DNA of 64,000 bases from positions 1 to 64,000 of the IMG/VR virus record IMGVR_UViG_2871871566_000003; one strand, given 5' to 3'. Under the pieces are notes generated by a model. It was not told the DNA's origin. It saw only the letters and a program-made list of their open reading frames with translations, and made no database searches. Shown here in pieces: positions 16,591-25,937 of this stretch (positions are counted from its first letter, which is position 1; the number at the start of each line of letters is the position of its first letter). A program made the translations under genes and the position numbers. Source of the DNA: a virus (Duplodnaviria > Caudoviricetes).

Positions 16591-17052
16591 TTAGCTGTTC
16601 ATGTACCACCAGATTTTATCTGTAGGGTGGTTTGTCGATTCGTCACAGAGGAAACTGATAGCAAGTTCCGAAATCCTTTTTCTTGTGGTGTCTTTGTTCT
16701 TCGACCATTTGCCAACCACGTCTATATGGTCAGCATACATCTTATTCATCGTTACCGCAAAATCCCAGAAGTTGTAGTCCGGTATGTTCCATGATAACCT
16801 TTCATAGTCCTCCTTCAACTCATCAAACCCGAAGTAAGGAGCATACTTTTTGTGAACATCATCATCAAAATAATAGATGTTGGCGATGCAGGCTCTGCCC
16901 AGTTGCTCGTCAAAGTGATGCTTTCTTTCCATCCAGTAAAGAAGATTCCTCTGCACAATCCTCTCTTCTTCCTCTGTAAACCCACACTCATCGTTTCTTA
17001 GCATCCCAAAGGCAGATTCTGCTATTCGATAGAGCGATTTTGATAAATCCAT
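16591..17052 (-). CDS. Helical hypothetical protein
   Basis: YNFWDFAVTMNKMYADH ... FLCDE ... KIWWYM. Confidence 0.7.
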   Translation of the reverse strand: MDLSKSLYRIAESAFGMLRNDECGFTEEEERIVQRNLLYWMERKHHFDEQLGRACIANIYYFDDDVHKKYAPYFGFDELKEDYERLSWNIPDYNFWDFAVTMNKMYADHIDVVGKWSKNKDTTRKRISELAISFLCDESTNHPTDKIWWYMNS

Positions 17053-17474
17053 AAGCGTAAAGCATTAAAGTGAATATGATAAACACATGGTGCATCTCCA
17101 GCTGCTCGGGAGTGATGAGCCAGTGCTGATAATACAATCTGATAGCGTTGATACCAAAGAAATAAAAGAACGGAATGCGATAAATCCAGCAGTATCTGAA
17201 AAAGAAACTAACCGGAATCATGGATAAAGGCATATAGATATACGCCAGTATGTAAATCCAGATGATGCAGTTGCCGCTATAGTTGGTATCTATTATGGTA
17301 GGTCTAGGGATAATGCCCATAGTCCCATACGCCGTACCAATGACCTAACATCAATGGTATGGGTGCCCACTTTGCTAGAAGTTCATAGAACCTCCAAATC
17401 TTCCTACTCAATAAGCCTTCCATTACTAAGGCTTCCTCCTCTTTCGAGAGAGGTGATTCCTGTTTTGTTCTCAT
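16988..17474 (-). CDS. Multi-TM membrane protein interrupted by a +1 shift at CCC-TAG (recoded or pseudogene)
   Basis: ORF 17474-17304 (MRTKQ...DYGHYP*) continues in the +1 frame as RPTIIDTN... to 16988. Confidence 0.55.
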
Positions 17475-17675
17475 TTTGTTATGATTTTATGGCTTAATCT
17501 TACCTTTTGTTAACTGTTTCTGAGGTTTGCATCTCATTTTGTTGCAAAGTTAAACTTTTTCTTTCGTAACACCATGAAAACCAACATAATATTAAACTTA
17601 TTTAAATCTTTATGTGCTTATTTGGTCATATTCTAAATAATATGTATATTTGCAACATCTTAATGTAGCATTTAT

Positions 17676-18131
17676 ATGGCAAGAGCAAATTACGAATTGA
17701 TTGACAGACAGAGGGATGATCTGATGAAGGCGTATCGGGAGATAGCTCCTAATTGCCATTCCCAACAGGAGGCTTGGGAAAAGGTGGTCCATTCTCCTGC
17801 TCCCAGATACTATGTTTCTCCCAAAAGAGCTTGGGATATACTCCGCAGAATGGCAGTCGGTGATTTCTCAAAGGTGGATAGCATGAAGCCGATTCGGCAG
17901 AAGTTATACTATACTCTCTTCAATAGGATGAACGAAATGACGCAGCGCAAGGAGTTCGTAGGCAAATCTTTATGGTTTATATGCCAGTTCCTTGTTTCTG
18001 AGCCTGCCCCCGAGTTCTTTATCCAGCCAAGTAATCTCAAATTCATTTTCGCTTACTATAAGAAATATGGGAAAAATTACAGAGAAATGGACCTTCGTAA
18101 GAAGAAACTTTCGCACAAAGCTGGTGCTTAG
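17676..18131 (+). CDS. Hypothetical basic protein, possible transcription regulator
   Basis: 151 aa with its own -7 box TATATTTG (about 17645-17652); a divergent TAACTTTG box lies at 17552-17545. Confidence 0.6.
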   Translation: MARANYELIDRQRDDLMKAYREIAPNCHSQQEAWEKVVHSPAPRYYVSPKRAWDILRRMAVGDFSKVDSMKPIRQKLYYTLFNRMNEMTQRKEFVGKSLWFICQFLVSEPAPEFFIQPSNLKFIFAYYKKYGKNYREMDLRKKKLSHKAGA

Positions 18132-18549
18132 CATCATCTGCATCGTTCTGTGTACTTGGCACGTCGGTTTCTATCCCGGTTGCCCTTGGCAGAATCATAT
18201 CCTGTATAGCTTCTTCCACGCCAACGGCTTTCATCTTTCCGTAAACCTGCTGGTGCTTTGGCAGATAAAGAACTATATGAAACCAGTCACTTCTCTGGCT
18301 GTTGCCTCTGTCGCTAGTCTGCTGCCCATGTATGTTAGTCAGCCTACAATGGGGCTTTCCGGTTTCCTGTTCGCATCCTTTGGTTTGATGTGGGGTAAGA
18401 CAGGACGATGGAAAGAGGCATTAAAGAAAGCGATGCCGTTCATCCTGTTCACAATGATACTGAGTAATGTGAACGGACTTCTCCATCTTTACTGCTTCGT
18501 ATTAGGCTACATCGTAGCGTATTGCATAAATAATATCAAAAACAGATAA
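18067..18549 (+). CDS. Rhomboid-family intramembrane serine protease
   Basis: FFHANGFHL..N, catalytic GLSG, TM6 His (NGLLHLYC); several TM helices; start approximate. Confidence 0.75.
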   Translation: MGKITEKWTFVRRNFRTKLVLSIICIVLCTWHVGFYPGCPWQNHILYSFFHANGFHLSVNLLVLWQIKNYMKPVTSLAVASVASLLPMYVSQPTMGLSGFLFASFGLMWGKTGRWKEALKKAMPFILFTMILSNVNGLLHLYCFVLGYIVAYCINNIKNR

Positions 18550-18600
18550 CACACATATAAAGAGAATCATGTTTTAAAAAATGTAATTTTAGATAATTTT

Positions 18601-18635
18601 AAAGGCGACCACTCGTGATGAGCAGCCGCCTTTTT
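18601..18635. terminator. Bidirectional terminator
   Basis: AAAGGCG ... CGCCTTTTT between convergent genes. Confidence 0.65.
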
Positions 18636-18667
18636 CATGTTATCATAAATTAGCGCGTATGAAAGAA

Positions 18668-21466
18668 TTATCTCATTTTGTCTTCTCGTCTGCTTTGTAC
18701 CTCTACTATACTTCCAGCAAAGGCATCAGCAGCCTTGAAGTTCTGCAGCGTGTACTTGAAAGTAAAATATTTCCAAGGCTTGCCGCCGACGCTTGGCAGC
18801 TTGCACCAGTGCTTGCAGTCGTTGCTTCCGTATATCTCCAGCCCAATCGTACCTTCGTCCGAATCAAACAGATGCTTCACCGCTCTCAGCGATTTCAACG
18901 TCATGCTGCCGCCCAGTTTCAAAGGTCTGGTAGTAAATGATCCGCTATAGCTTTCCGTATCTTCGTTGATGTCTGGCTTTCCTGTCAACGTGTAGATAGA
19001 CATGGCAATATCCTGCACAACGTTGTCCGGATAGTCGTTTGCTATTTTGTCAATAGGCGCATCTGCTACAGACATGCCGAATGTTCCGTCTACCATATTA
19101 TATATATAGTATATCTTCTCATTCTCATCAAAGTCCTGTTCTCCCGATTCATTCTCAAACCAACCTTTACTCTTTTTGTATATTCTCAGCAGCGAATCTC
19201 TATAGTCATAAGCTATAATGCAATTCTTCAAGAAATCCAAGAAACTTTCTGTCTGTAGCTTCTTAAAGTTCTTTGGAATCTTCCCGCTCATTGACGTGCT
19301 TACGCATTTTGCGGTACCACCAGATATAGCCATAAGTCCTTTGTCAGATGTAAAGTATACAAGCCTGTCTGTTGGCGTAATACTATCCGGATTGTTACAT
19401 ACTTCTCTTGAAATAGGATGAACGCTTCCATAAAGACCTTCTGATGTTACGCTCATTGCGTATATTCCTTCATCAGTAAACACTAAAAGAGGATATTGAC
19501 CGAACTGTCCCTGGCTCACTGCTTCCGTGTTGGCAACTATTCCTATTATCTTTCCTGTACCTATCGTATTATCGCCCGATGCCTCGAAAACAAATGGATT
19601 GTTTACGACAGAAGTAAATATCTGTGAGTTTAAAACCTCAGGAACATTCATGTTTTTTATCTTTTCCAGAAGCTCTTCTTCTGTTATAGTTTCAAAAGTT
19701 GCATCGCCGTCTTTTGAAGGAAGGTTGGTAAAAGAATAAGCTCCGTTCAGAAAAGGGTGTTCTGTTAGAGGTATGTTCAGATACTTGCCAGAGCCGTACA
19801 ATATGATTTCTTTTGCATTAGGATCCGGATAATAAAACCAGCCACGCAAGAAAGAGTCACTTATGCCTATTACTCTCATAGTCCAGGTATCAACCCAATT
19901 TGATACAATATGCGTATACATTATATAATTATTATCGCTTGCTAAACCTTCTCTTCCGACGAGCTTTTTGAAACCGGCAAAAGGGTAGCGCTCTACATCA
20001 TAAAGGTGTAGGCGGTTATTGTAAGTATAAATCTTTTTTGAGGTAAGCTTTGCCCAGCTATAGTAATCGTCTACTTTCAGTTGGCTTTGTGTAGACAGGT
20101 TGCTTACTACTCCGTCTGCAATGAATGTCGGCTGCCCGTAATGTGTTCCGTTCACAGAGTAAAGCCATTCTCCTCCTTCTCCTAACCCATTCGTATTGAT
20201 TCCGACAGAGAATAATTTATAGAATTGCGTCTTACCTTTCAGCTCTTCTATTATATCTTGGTCCGTTTTGTACGTCGGCTGTATCTCGCTATGAGGAATA
20301 ATTTTCGAAGGGATGTCATAATTAAATACATCTTCTTTGTATGATGAAAATCCATAGTTTGCAAATGGCTTTCTATGGGTGTCGTTAGGAGATAAAAAAC
20401 GCCAGCCTTTACTGATTTCGAACGGAATAACCTGTTCTGTAGCAAAAACGACAATCTCCTTGATGATGTCTTTCCAATCTTCGCTTATCGAACCGAATTT
20501 AAATCTAAGCTCACTATATTCAATAAAGTAGAAAATGCTTTCTGTACCAGTCATTTGATTTAAATCGTTATAGTATTTGTTTTCAAATGTTGCTCCACTA
20601 AATCGGCAATTTCTGTTTACAGTAGGATAGCAGATGATAGGAGCTGTTATTTTCGTATAACTTCCATCATATAGCTTGAATGCACACCTGATAAAAAAAG
20701 GAAACGCAAACATATTCTTGCTTTTTACCCAATTAATCGCCTGCATCACATGACCCTGTACGGTTTCCTGGAACTCATTGTAATATTTTGCACCATTAGT
20801 TCCATCTGACTTAATCCAAAAATAATGGAATTGACCTGTTTGGATCATGCCACTAGGTTCTGTTCCTCCTTGTTTTATAAATGCTCCGTTCGCATCATAA
20901 TACATCGTCTGGTTTGCCGTATTGTCAACGCAGTTGCTTACATTCATGAGAGTTCTGTCGTACTCGTCTGGTCGAAACGAACCTGCATAACTCGGTTTCT
21001 CGAAAGAAAACTGATATGTTAGTTCAGGAAAATCTTTCAGAAACTTGTAGGTCTTAGACTTGTATACAAAATAGTACAACCCGCCACTTGTAGTAACAAC
21101 CACCGTATTACCTGAGCTATTTACATCATAGATTTCAACATCTATTTCGAATGATTGCCATGGCCCAGACTCGATAGTTCCATCCTCTTTACTTTTAGCA
21201 AAGATAATTTCATCTTTTTCGTCTTTATTGTATTTGCTTTTTTGGTTGAGCATGACGTATGTTCTGTAATCAGCGCCTTTGTGAATATATAATATAGGTC
21301 TGCCGTTTGTTACATATTTGGGTTTCTGTACCGCCTTCATTTCCCCATCCTTAAAGATAAATCCGTCACTCTCCAGCAGTTCAGAATCATCTGAAAGCAA
21401 GTCGCTAGGCACATTCGTCATGCCCTTGCTAAAGCTCAAAGTTTGTCTTTCTAAGTTTCTTTCCAT
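18668..21466 (-). CDS. Podoviral tail nozzle / stabilization protein (P22 gp10-like)
   Basis: 932 aa beta-rich, N-terminal FSKGMTNVPSD..., beta-propeller-like C-half, position after TerL. Confidence 0.6.
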   Translation of the reverse strand: MERNLERQTLSFSKGMTNVPSDLLSDDSELLESDGFIFKDGEMKAVQKPKYVTNGRPILYIHKGADYRTYVMLNQKSKYNKDEKDEIIFAKSKEDGTIESGPWQSFEIDVEIYDVNSSGNTVVVTTSGGLYYFVYKSKTYKFLKDFPELTYQFSFEKPSYAGSFRPDEYDRTLMNVSNCVDNTANQTMYYDANGAFIKQGGTEPSGMIQTGQFHYFWIKSDGTNGAKYYNEFQETVQGHVMQAINWVKSKNMFAFPFFIRCAFKLYDGSYTKITAPIICYPTVNRNCRFSGATFENKYYNDLNQMTGTESIFYFIEYSELRFKFGSISEDWKDIIKEIVVFATEQVIPFEISKGWRFLSPNDTHRKPFANYGFSSYKEDVFNYDIPSKIIPHSEIQPTYKTDQDIIEELKGKTQFYKLFSVGINTNGLGEGGEWLYSVNGTHYGQPTFIADGVVSNLSTQSQLKVDDYYSWAKLTSKKIYTYNNRLHLYDVERYPFAGFKKLVGREGLASDNNYIMYTHIVSNWVDTWTMRVIGISDSFLRGWFYYPDPNAKEIILYGSGKYLNIPLTEHPFLNGAYSFTNLPSKDGDATFETITEEELLEKIKNMNVPEVLNSQIFTSVVNNPFVFEASGDNTIGTGKIIGIVANTEAVSQGQFGQYPLLVFTDEGIYAMSVTSEGLYGSVHPISREVCNNPDSITPTDRLVYFTSDKGLMAISGGTAKCVSTSMSGKIPKNFKKLQTESFLDFLKNCIIAYDYRDSLLRIYKKSKGWFENESGEQDFDENEKIYYIYNMVDGTFGMSVADAPIDKIANDYPDNVVQDIAMSIYTLTGKPDINEDTESYSGSFTTRPLKLGGSMTLKSLRAVKHLFDSDEGTIGLEIYGSNDCKHWCKLPSVGGKPWKYFTFKYTLQNFKAADAFAGSIVEVQSRREDKMR

Positions 21467-21498
21467 AATAATTCAACATTTAACATTCAACACTCCCC

Positions 21499-23616
21499 CT
21501 AAATTTTCGCCGCCGTATGAACACCATCACCACCACGGCTTATTCTTTCCGCTTTCTTCCAGCTAGGCTTCTCCATGTCCGTAAGACTTACAAAGAGACC
21601 GATACCGGTACTCATTACCACATCATCATGGTTTCCGTTACCAACGATGTTACCCAAGCTGCCATCATCATGTCGCTCATAGATGCGCAACTCATGATAC
21701 ATTTCCTTGTCTGGCTCCTCATACAGGTTATCATCAATAAACTCTTCCAAGTTATCAATCACCTGTTGCTTCGTCAGCTTGTTGGTTTGGAAACCATACT
21801 TCGCCAGTACGTTGTCTTCCACATTCTCCGAACTGCTCGTTCTCTGATACAGATTATCGTAGTAGTCGGCAATCTCCTGCAGAATAGTCAGAAAGTGATC
21901 ACCCTCCGTGTTATTGTTCTTCTCTCGGTCGGCCGTATTACTCTCTATCACCAGAAGCGCATCATCATAATAATGGGCTAGGGCAGCAGCCATCCATGCC
22001 AGCTTGTCATGTCTTACATGTCCTCTGTATCTAGCTACTACCTTTGGCTTGCCCTTCACCGTAGGAATCATACCGAATCGGTCTATCACGGTCATAACGG
22101 TATAGTCCGATGTCGTACTCTTACCGCCAATATCCACGCTCACCAAATATCTGTTCTCCACTTGCAGACAGTTTGGCACAGCCCAAATCTTCAAGTCTCC
22201 CTCTCCATCGTCTCTCAGCTTCACCTTCGAGTTCGGAATGGTATTATCATCCTTCACGCTGATGTTCACTACGATGTCGGCAGTAAACTTAGGGTCTTGC
22301 TTATACATAGCCTGCATATCGTCTATAGAATAAGGATTGAATACCAGTCTGCCAGAGTTTCTGAACGCATCTTCCTCATCAATAGGAGCCTCGGTAGCAC
22401 ATGCCGCATGGGTAGTAAACTTGTTTCTGTAGTTTCTGTACCATTCTATCGCCTCAAAGCAGGCACCCTTCTGCCACATTCGCCAGAAGAACTTGCCGGT
22501 CTCACGATAACCCTTCGGACAGGTGCTTCGGTCTCTGTTCTGCAAAAGCCACTTGGCAAATGCTCTTCTGTTCTCTACAGGAGTCATATCCTTTTCGATG
22601 AAGAAACAAGGAATAAAGAGGAACGAATAAGCATCATTATTCTTTGGGTCCATGGCCAACTGGCACTTGTCGTAGAAGAAACCAGAGTTACCTCTACCGG
22701 TACTCTCGAATATCTCCACGTTGTCTTCCAATGGGTCGATACCACCGGAGATAGATGAAATCACACCCTCAGGATCATGCTCTGGTGTCTTCTTCCAATA
22801 GGCTACCTCCGAATAGTGGGCGCAGTGGAAGTTACTACCACGCACAGAATCGAAGTTCTCGAATGATGCTACAGTCAGCGTACTTCGTCTGATTGCCTTC
22901 ACACCATCCGTTACCTGAAAGTCGTCGGGAGAATTTTCGTATGGCGAGAACTGGAGTTTTGCGCCCTGATGCCCCACGGTCCACCCCGGCTGCCGCTCCA
23001 AAGCTTTTCGGTACATAGCCTTAATCTTCTTGGCGGTATTCTTCTGTTGGGCAAGCACAATAGCATTCCAACCATCGCGCCTGTAGTCTTGAATCCATTT
23101 GATGTAAAGCTGTGATAGGGTAGAGCCGCCCCACTGACGTGCCTTCAGAATAACCACGAACACCGGTTTGTGGGCATTCCGCAGGTCTTCCATAATCTTC
23201 AGTAGCTTTCTCTGAGGATAGTTCAGCTTGAAAGGAATCATCTTACCGGTCTTCTTATCCTCAATCTTATCGGTCACATATAGGGCAAACTCGGGGTCTT
23301 CCATGAACCTCACTCTGCAGATGGCAAAGGTAAGCATTTGGAAATGCTGGGCATCATCCTTCTGGTGCAGCACGTAGTTGATGTAGTCTTTCAAACTGCC
23401 CATCTTTCTCAGACCTCTGAACAGAACAGATTTGGCAGTCTTCTTCGGAACCCACATCTTGGGAATGAAGAAATCGGATAGTTCTATCAGCACACGATGC
23501 TCAAAGTTATAGCATCCTTCGCCTGTCATAGGGTCGTAGGTGCCATAAATCTCATCGTATCGCTCCTGATTTTCCGCTACGAGATTATCTATTTCCTGTT
23601 CAGTTACTAGAGCCAT
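21499..23616 (-). CDS. terL: Terminase large subunit
   Basis: ILKARQWGGST, Walker B-like HYSEVAYW, ESTGRG, nuclease VSVDIGG and HDDVVM. Confidence 0.9.
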   Translation of the reverse strand: MALVTEQEIDNLVAENQERYDEIYGTYDPMTGEGCYNFEHRVLIELSDFFIPKMWVPKKTAKSVLFRGLRKMGSLKDYINYVLHQKDDAQHFQMLTFAICRVRFMEDPEFALYVTDKIEDKKTGKMIPFKLNYPQRKLLKIMEDLRNAHKPVFVVILKARQWGGSTLSQLYIKWIQDYRRDGWNAIVLAQQKNTAKKIKAMYRKALERQPGWTVGHQGAKLQFSPYENSPDDFQVTDGVKAIRRSTLTVASFENFDSVRGSNFHCAHYSEVAYWKKTPEHDPEGVISSISGGIDPLEDNVEIFESTGRGNSGFFYDKCQLAMDPKNNDAYSFLFIPCFFIEKDMTPVENRRAFAKWLLQNRDRSTCPKGYRETGKFFWRMWQKGACFEAIEWYRNYRNKFTTHAACATEAPIDEEDAFRNSGRLVFNPYSIDDMQAMYKQDPKFTADIVVNISVKDDNTIPNSKVKLRDDGEGDLKIWAVPNCLQVENRYLVSVDIGGKSTTSDYTVMTVIDRFGMIPTVKGKPKVVARYRGHVRHDKLAWMAAALAHYYDDALLVIESNTADREKNNNTEGDHFLTILQEIADYYDNLYQRTSSSENVEDNVLAKYGFQTNKLTKQQVIDNLEEFIDDNLYEEPDKEMYHELRIYERHDDGSLGNIVGNGNHDDVVMSTGIGLFVSLTDMEKPSWKKAERISRGGDGVHTAAKI

Positions 23617-24013
23617 CCGTTAAATCGTTTAGTTCTTCGAAATCTGCATCCTGTATCTCGGGTGCTTTGCTTATATCCAGCACGTCTGCCTCGTCTTCGT
23701 CCTCTACGGTTGTCATACCGAGTGCCATAAGCTGCTTGAAGTCTGCATCTATTCCGTGGGTAACGCTTACTTCTGTCTGCTTTGGTATCATGTGCTTGGT
23801 AAGGTCTTTGTAGATGGTGACGTATGTCTTAGGATCATACTCTGCCAGTTGGTTCATACAATCCTCAAACTGCTCTTGGCTCCTTGCCAGCCAGTCACGT
23901 ATATATTCCTTTTGGGCACTCTTCCTTGCAGGGAGAAGTTTCTTTACCTTCTCCTTCTTCTCTTTCTGTATCTCCCTTACAGACTTAAATCCATACATTT
24001 CAAAATCTTCCAT
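23600..24013 (-). CDS. Terminase small subunit (putative)
   Basis: Overlaps terL start; helical core plus KQTEVSVTH motif. Confidence 0.5.
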   Translation of the reverse strand: MEDFEMYGFKSVREIQKEKKEKVKKLLPARKSAQKEYIRDWLARSQEQFEDCMNQLAEYDPKTYVTIYKDLTKHMIPKQTEVSVTHGIDADFKQLMALGMTTVEDEDEADVLDISKAPEIQDADFEELNDLTDGSSN

Positions 24014-24027
24014 ACGCTCGCTTTTTA

Positions 24028-24636
24028 TTATCCGAAGGGTTTCAGAGTATGAATCATGCTGCCCGGCTTGGTTGAGTTGGCGCAGTCTATGATGTCTATC
24101 TCCAGTTCGTCCAGTTGGTTCATCTGGTCTATCGTCAGAGGGTCCTTGCTCGTCAATGTGCGCATAAAGTATTCGTATAGCGCACCGGTCACGATATAGT
24201 CGTGTATCAGCTTGACGAGTGCATCATATTTAGTATCATCCCAGTAGTCGGGAAATTTCAGCCATATCTCCTTCTCATCCCATTCTCTCAGGGCATTATC
24301 TCTTACCCTTCCTTCTGGTTTCATCACATAGGCAGACAGATTCGCTTCCACCTTATTAATATACTTGTCAAACCAACGGTAAAAGAGCGGACGTTCCTGA
24401 TCGTTCTCGCTTGTCGGAATGTCTTCGCCTTGTGCGTCCTTCATGTTCCGTCTTGCGCGTCCTACCATGTTGGTGTTTGCATCAATATCATACCAGAGTT
24501 GTGTGGCATAGATAAAGATGTGCTTATCCCAATAGCCGTGCCCTGCTCTTCGTGGCTTCGGCAAGAAAGGATTTGGCTCGGGCTTCCATCCTCTCTCTCG
24601 GATAAAATGTGTTGGGTGTAATTTGTTAAACTCCAT
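24028..24636 (-). CDS. Head-tail connector/adaptor-like protein
   Basis: Helical, IHDYIV..ALYEYF; lies in the portal operon. Confidence 0.5.
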   Translation of the reverse strand: MEFNKLHPTHFIRERGWKPEPNPFLPKPRRAGHGYWDKHIFIYATQLWYDIDANTNMVGRARRNMKDAQGEDIPTSENDQERPLFYRWFDKYINKVEANLSAYVMKPEGRVRDNALREWDEKEIWLKFPDYWDDTKYDALVKLIHDYIVTGALYEYFMRTLTSKDPLTIDQMNQLDELEIDIIDCANSTKPGSMIHTLKPFG

Positions 24637-24637
24637 C

Positions 24638-25450
24638 TTATACCTCCTTTGCTACGGTTGCTTCTACTTCTACTTCCAGTTTGTCGCTGTGTCTGGAGAA
24701 CAGAGTGATGATTGCTACACCTGTATTGATAGGCTTCAGCCAGAAAGCATGTGGCTCCTTACTTCTGTGTACTTCCAGTATACTAGGGTCGCTGCTTCTT
24801 GCCTCAATATCATCAATGGTTCCTTCATCAATAGAGTAGGATAGGGTAACTTCCATATCGTCAATACGTATGGCTACAGCTCCGTCCTCTTCGCTTCCGT
24901 CCACCTTGGCGGTCAGATGTTGTGTGTAAGGAACAGTAGGAACTGCCGGACCGCTCAGAACGAAACATCTTCTGATGCTCTGCTCGTCAATGGCGAGTGA
25001 TGCTTGGTAAATCTCAGCCTGTTTCAGATTCGTGGTTCTCGTCCACCATTGGAAGGTCATGTAGTCTTCCACATACTTTGCCACCAGTCGGGCAAGTGTA
25101 TCGGTCAGCGTTCCGTTGCATCTTCGTGAAGCGTTGATGGTAAACTCTACCACATCATCCGTCTTGTTGCCGTAATAGATGATGTTGTCTCCTATGGTCT
25201 GTGCGTTCGGCACAAGATACTCGGCAAGAATCGTCTTCACAATCTCCAGCGAAGTATCGAAGTCATGCGTCAGCACTCTTTCGTGTACTTGGTCGTCGCC
25301 AGCAGCCTCGTTAAAGCCTACTTTTGCAGCATTGTTGTCTGCCGCAGTATCTATCTTTGCTTTCAGGTAGGTTGTTGCCTTTACCGCTTCAATCACTACC
25401 GATTTGATGATTTGAAATTTTATGATCATATCTTTTCCTTTTTTAGTCAA
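24638..25450 (-). CDS. Virion connector protein with C-terminal Ig-like domain
   Basis: Helical N-part; C-part SSDPSILEV..INTGVAIITLFS resembles Big_2. Confidence 0.5.
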   Translation of the reverse strand: MTKKGKDMIIKFQIIKSVVIEAVKATTYLKAKIDTAADNNAAKVGFNEAAGDDQVHERVLTHDFDTSLEIVKTILAEYLVPNAQTIGDNIIYYGNKTDDVVEFTINASRRCNGTLTDTLARLVAKYVEDYMTFQWWTRTTNLKQAEIYQASLAIDEQSIRRCFVLSGPAVPTVPYTQHLTAKVDGSEEDGAVAIRIDDMEVTLSYSIDEGTIDDIEARSSDPSILEVHRSKEPHAFWLKPINTGVAIITLFSRHSDKLEVEVEATVAKEV

Positions 25451-25934
25451 TGATTACTTCTCCTGTCATGTCTGCCAGGCTCATGTTTCTACTTGCCGGT
25501 GGAGTCTTGTGATAAATCAGCTTAATGGCAGCTGCTATATGATTAGCCATGTCCTCCGCATACTTCTTGGCTAGGTCTGGTTCTGTCATTCCCAACACAG
25601 CATTCGATACATAGGCTATCAAATACCCGATGAAGTTGCCTTCAAATGGAACGGTAATACCGTCTTCTCCGTCTGCCCATCTGCTGTTTTCGAACTTAAT
25701 AACCATCGCGTCTCCGTTCTTGTAATAGGTTACTTGTGGTGCCAGCTCTGCTACAAATGTTTCTGCCGCAGCGTTGATATACTGCTTCATGATACCTTTC
25801 TCTTCCGAAGATAGGGTGGTCTTGGCAAACATCGTATCGCCGTTCTTATCTTTCAGGCGTTTTCCGATGAGAGCGAAGTGTTTGTTCACCTCACTCATCA
25901 CCTTCTCCATTTCTATCGTTATCTGTACTTCCAT
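25443..25934 (-). CDS. Virion connector-like protein
   Basis: Follows the portal; similar helical pattern to 24638-25450. Confidence 0.5.
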   Translation of the reverse strand: MEVQITIEMEKVMSEVNKHFALIGKRLKDKNGDTMFAKTTLSSEEKGIMKQYINAAAETFVAELAPQVTYYKNGDAMVIKFENSRWADGEDGITVPFEGNFIGYLIAYVSNAVLGMTEPDLAKKYAEDMANHIAAAIKLIYHKTPPASRNMSLADMTGEVIID

Positions 25935-25937
25935 ACC

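Noticed and set aside
17545-17586. Fifth copy of the late 16-bp element at the leftward 17.55-kb promoter
   Set aside because: Only CCAAC matches and spacing is off by one
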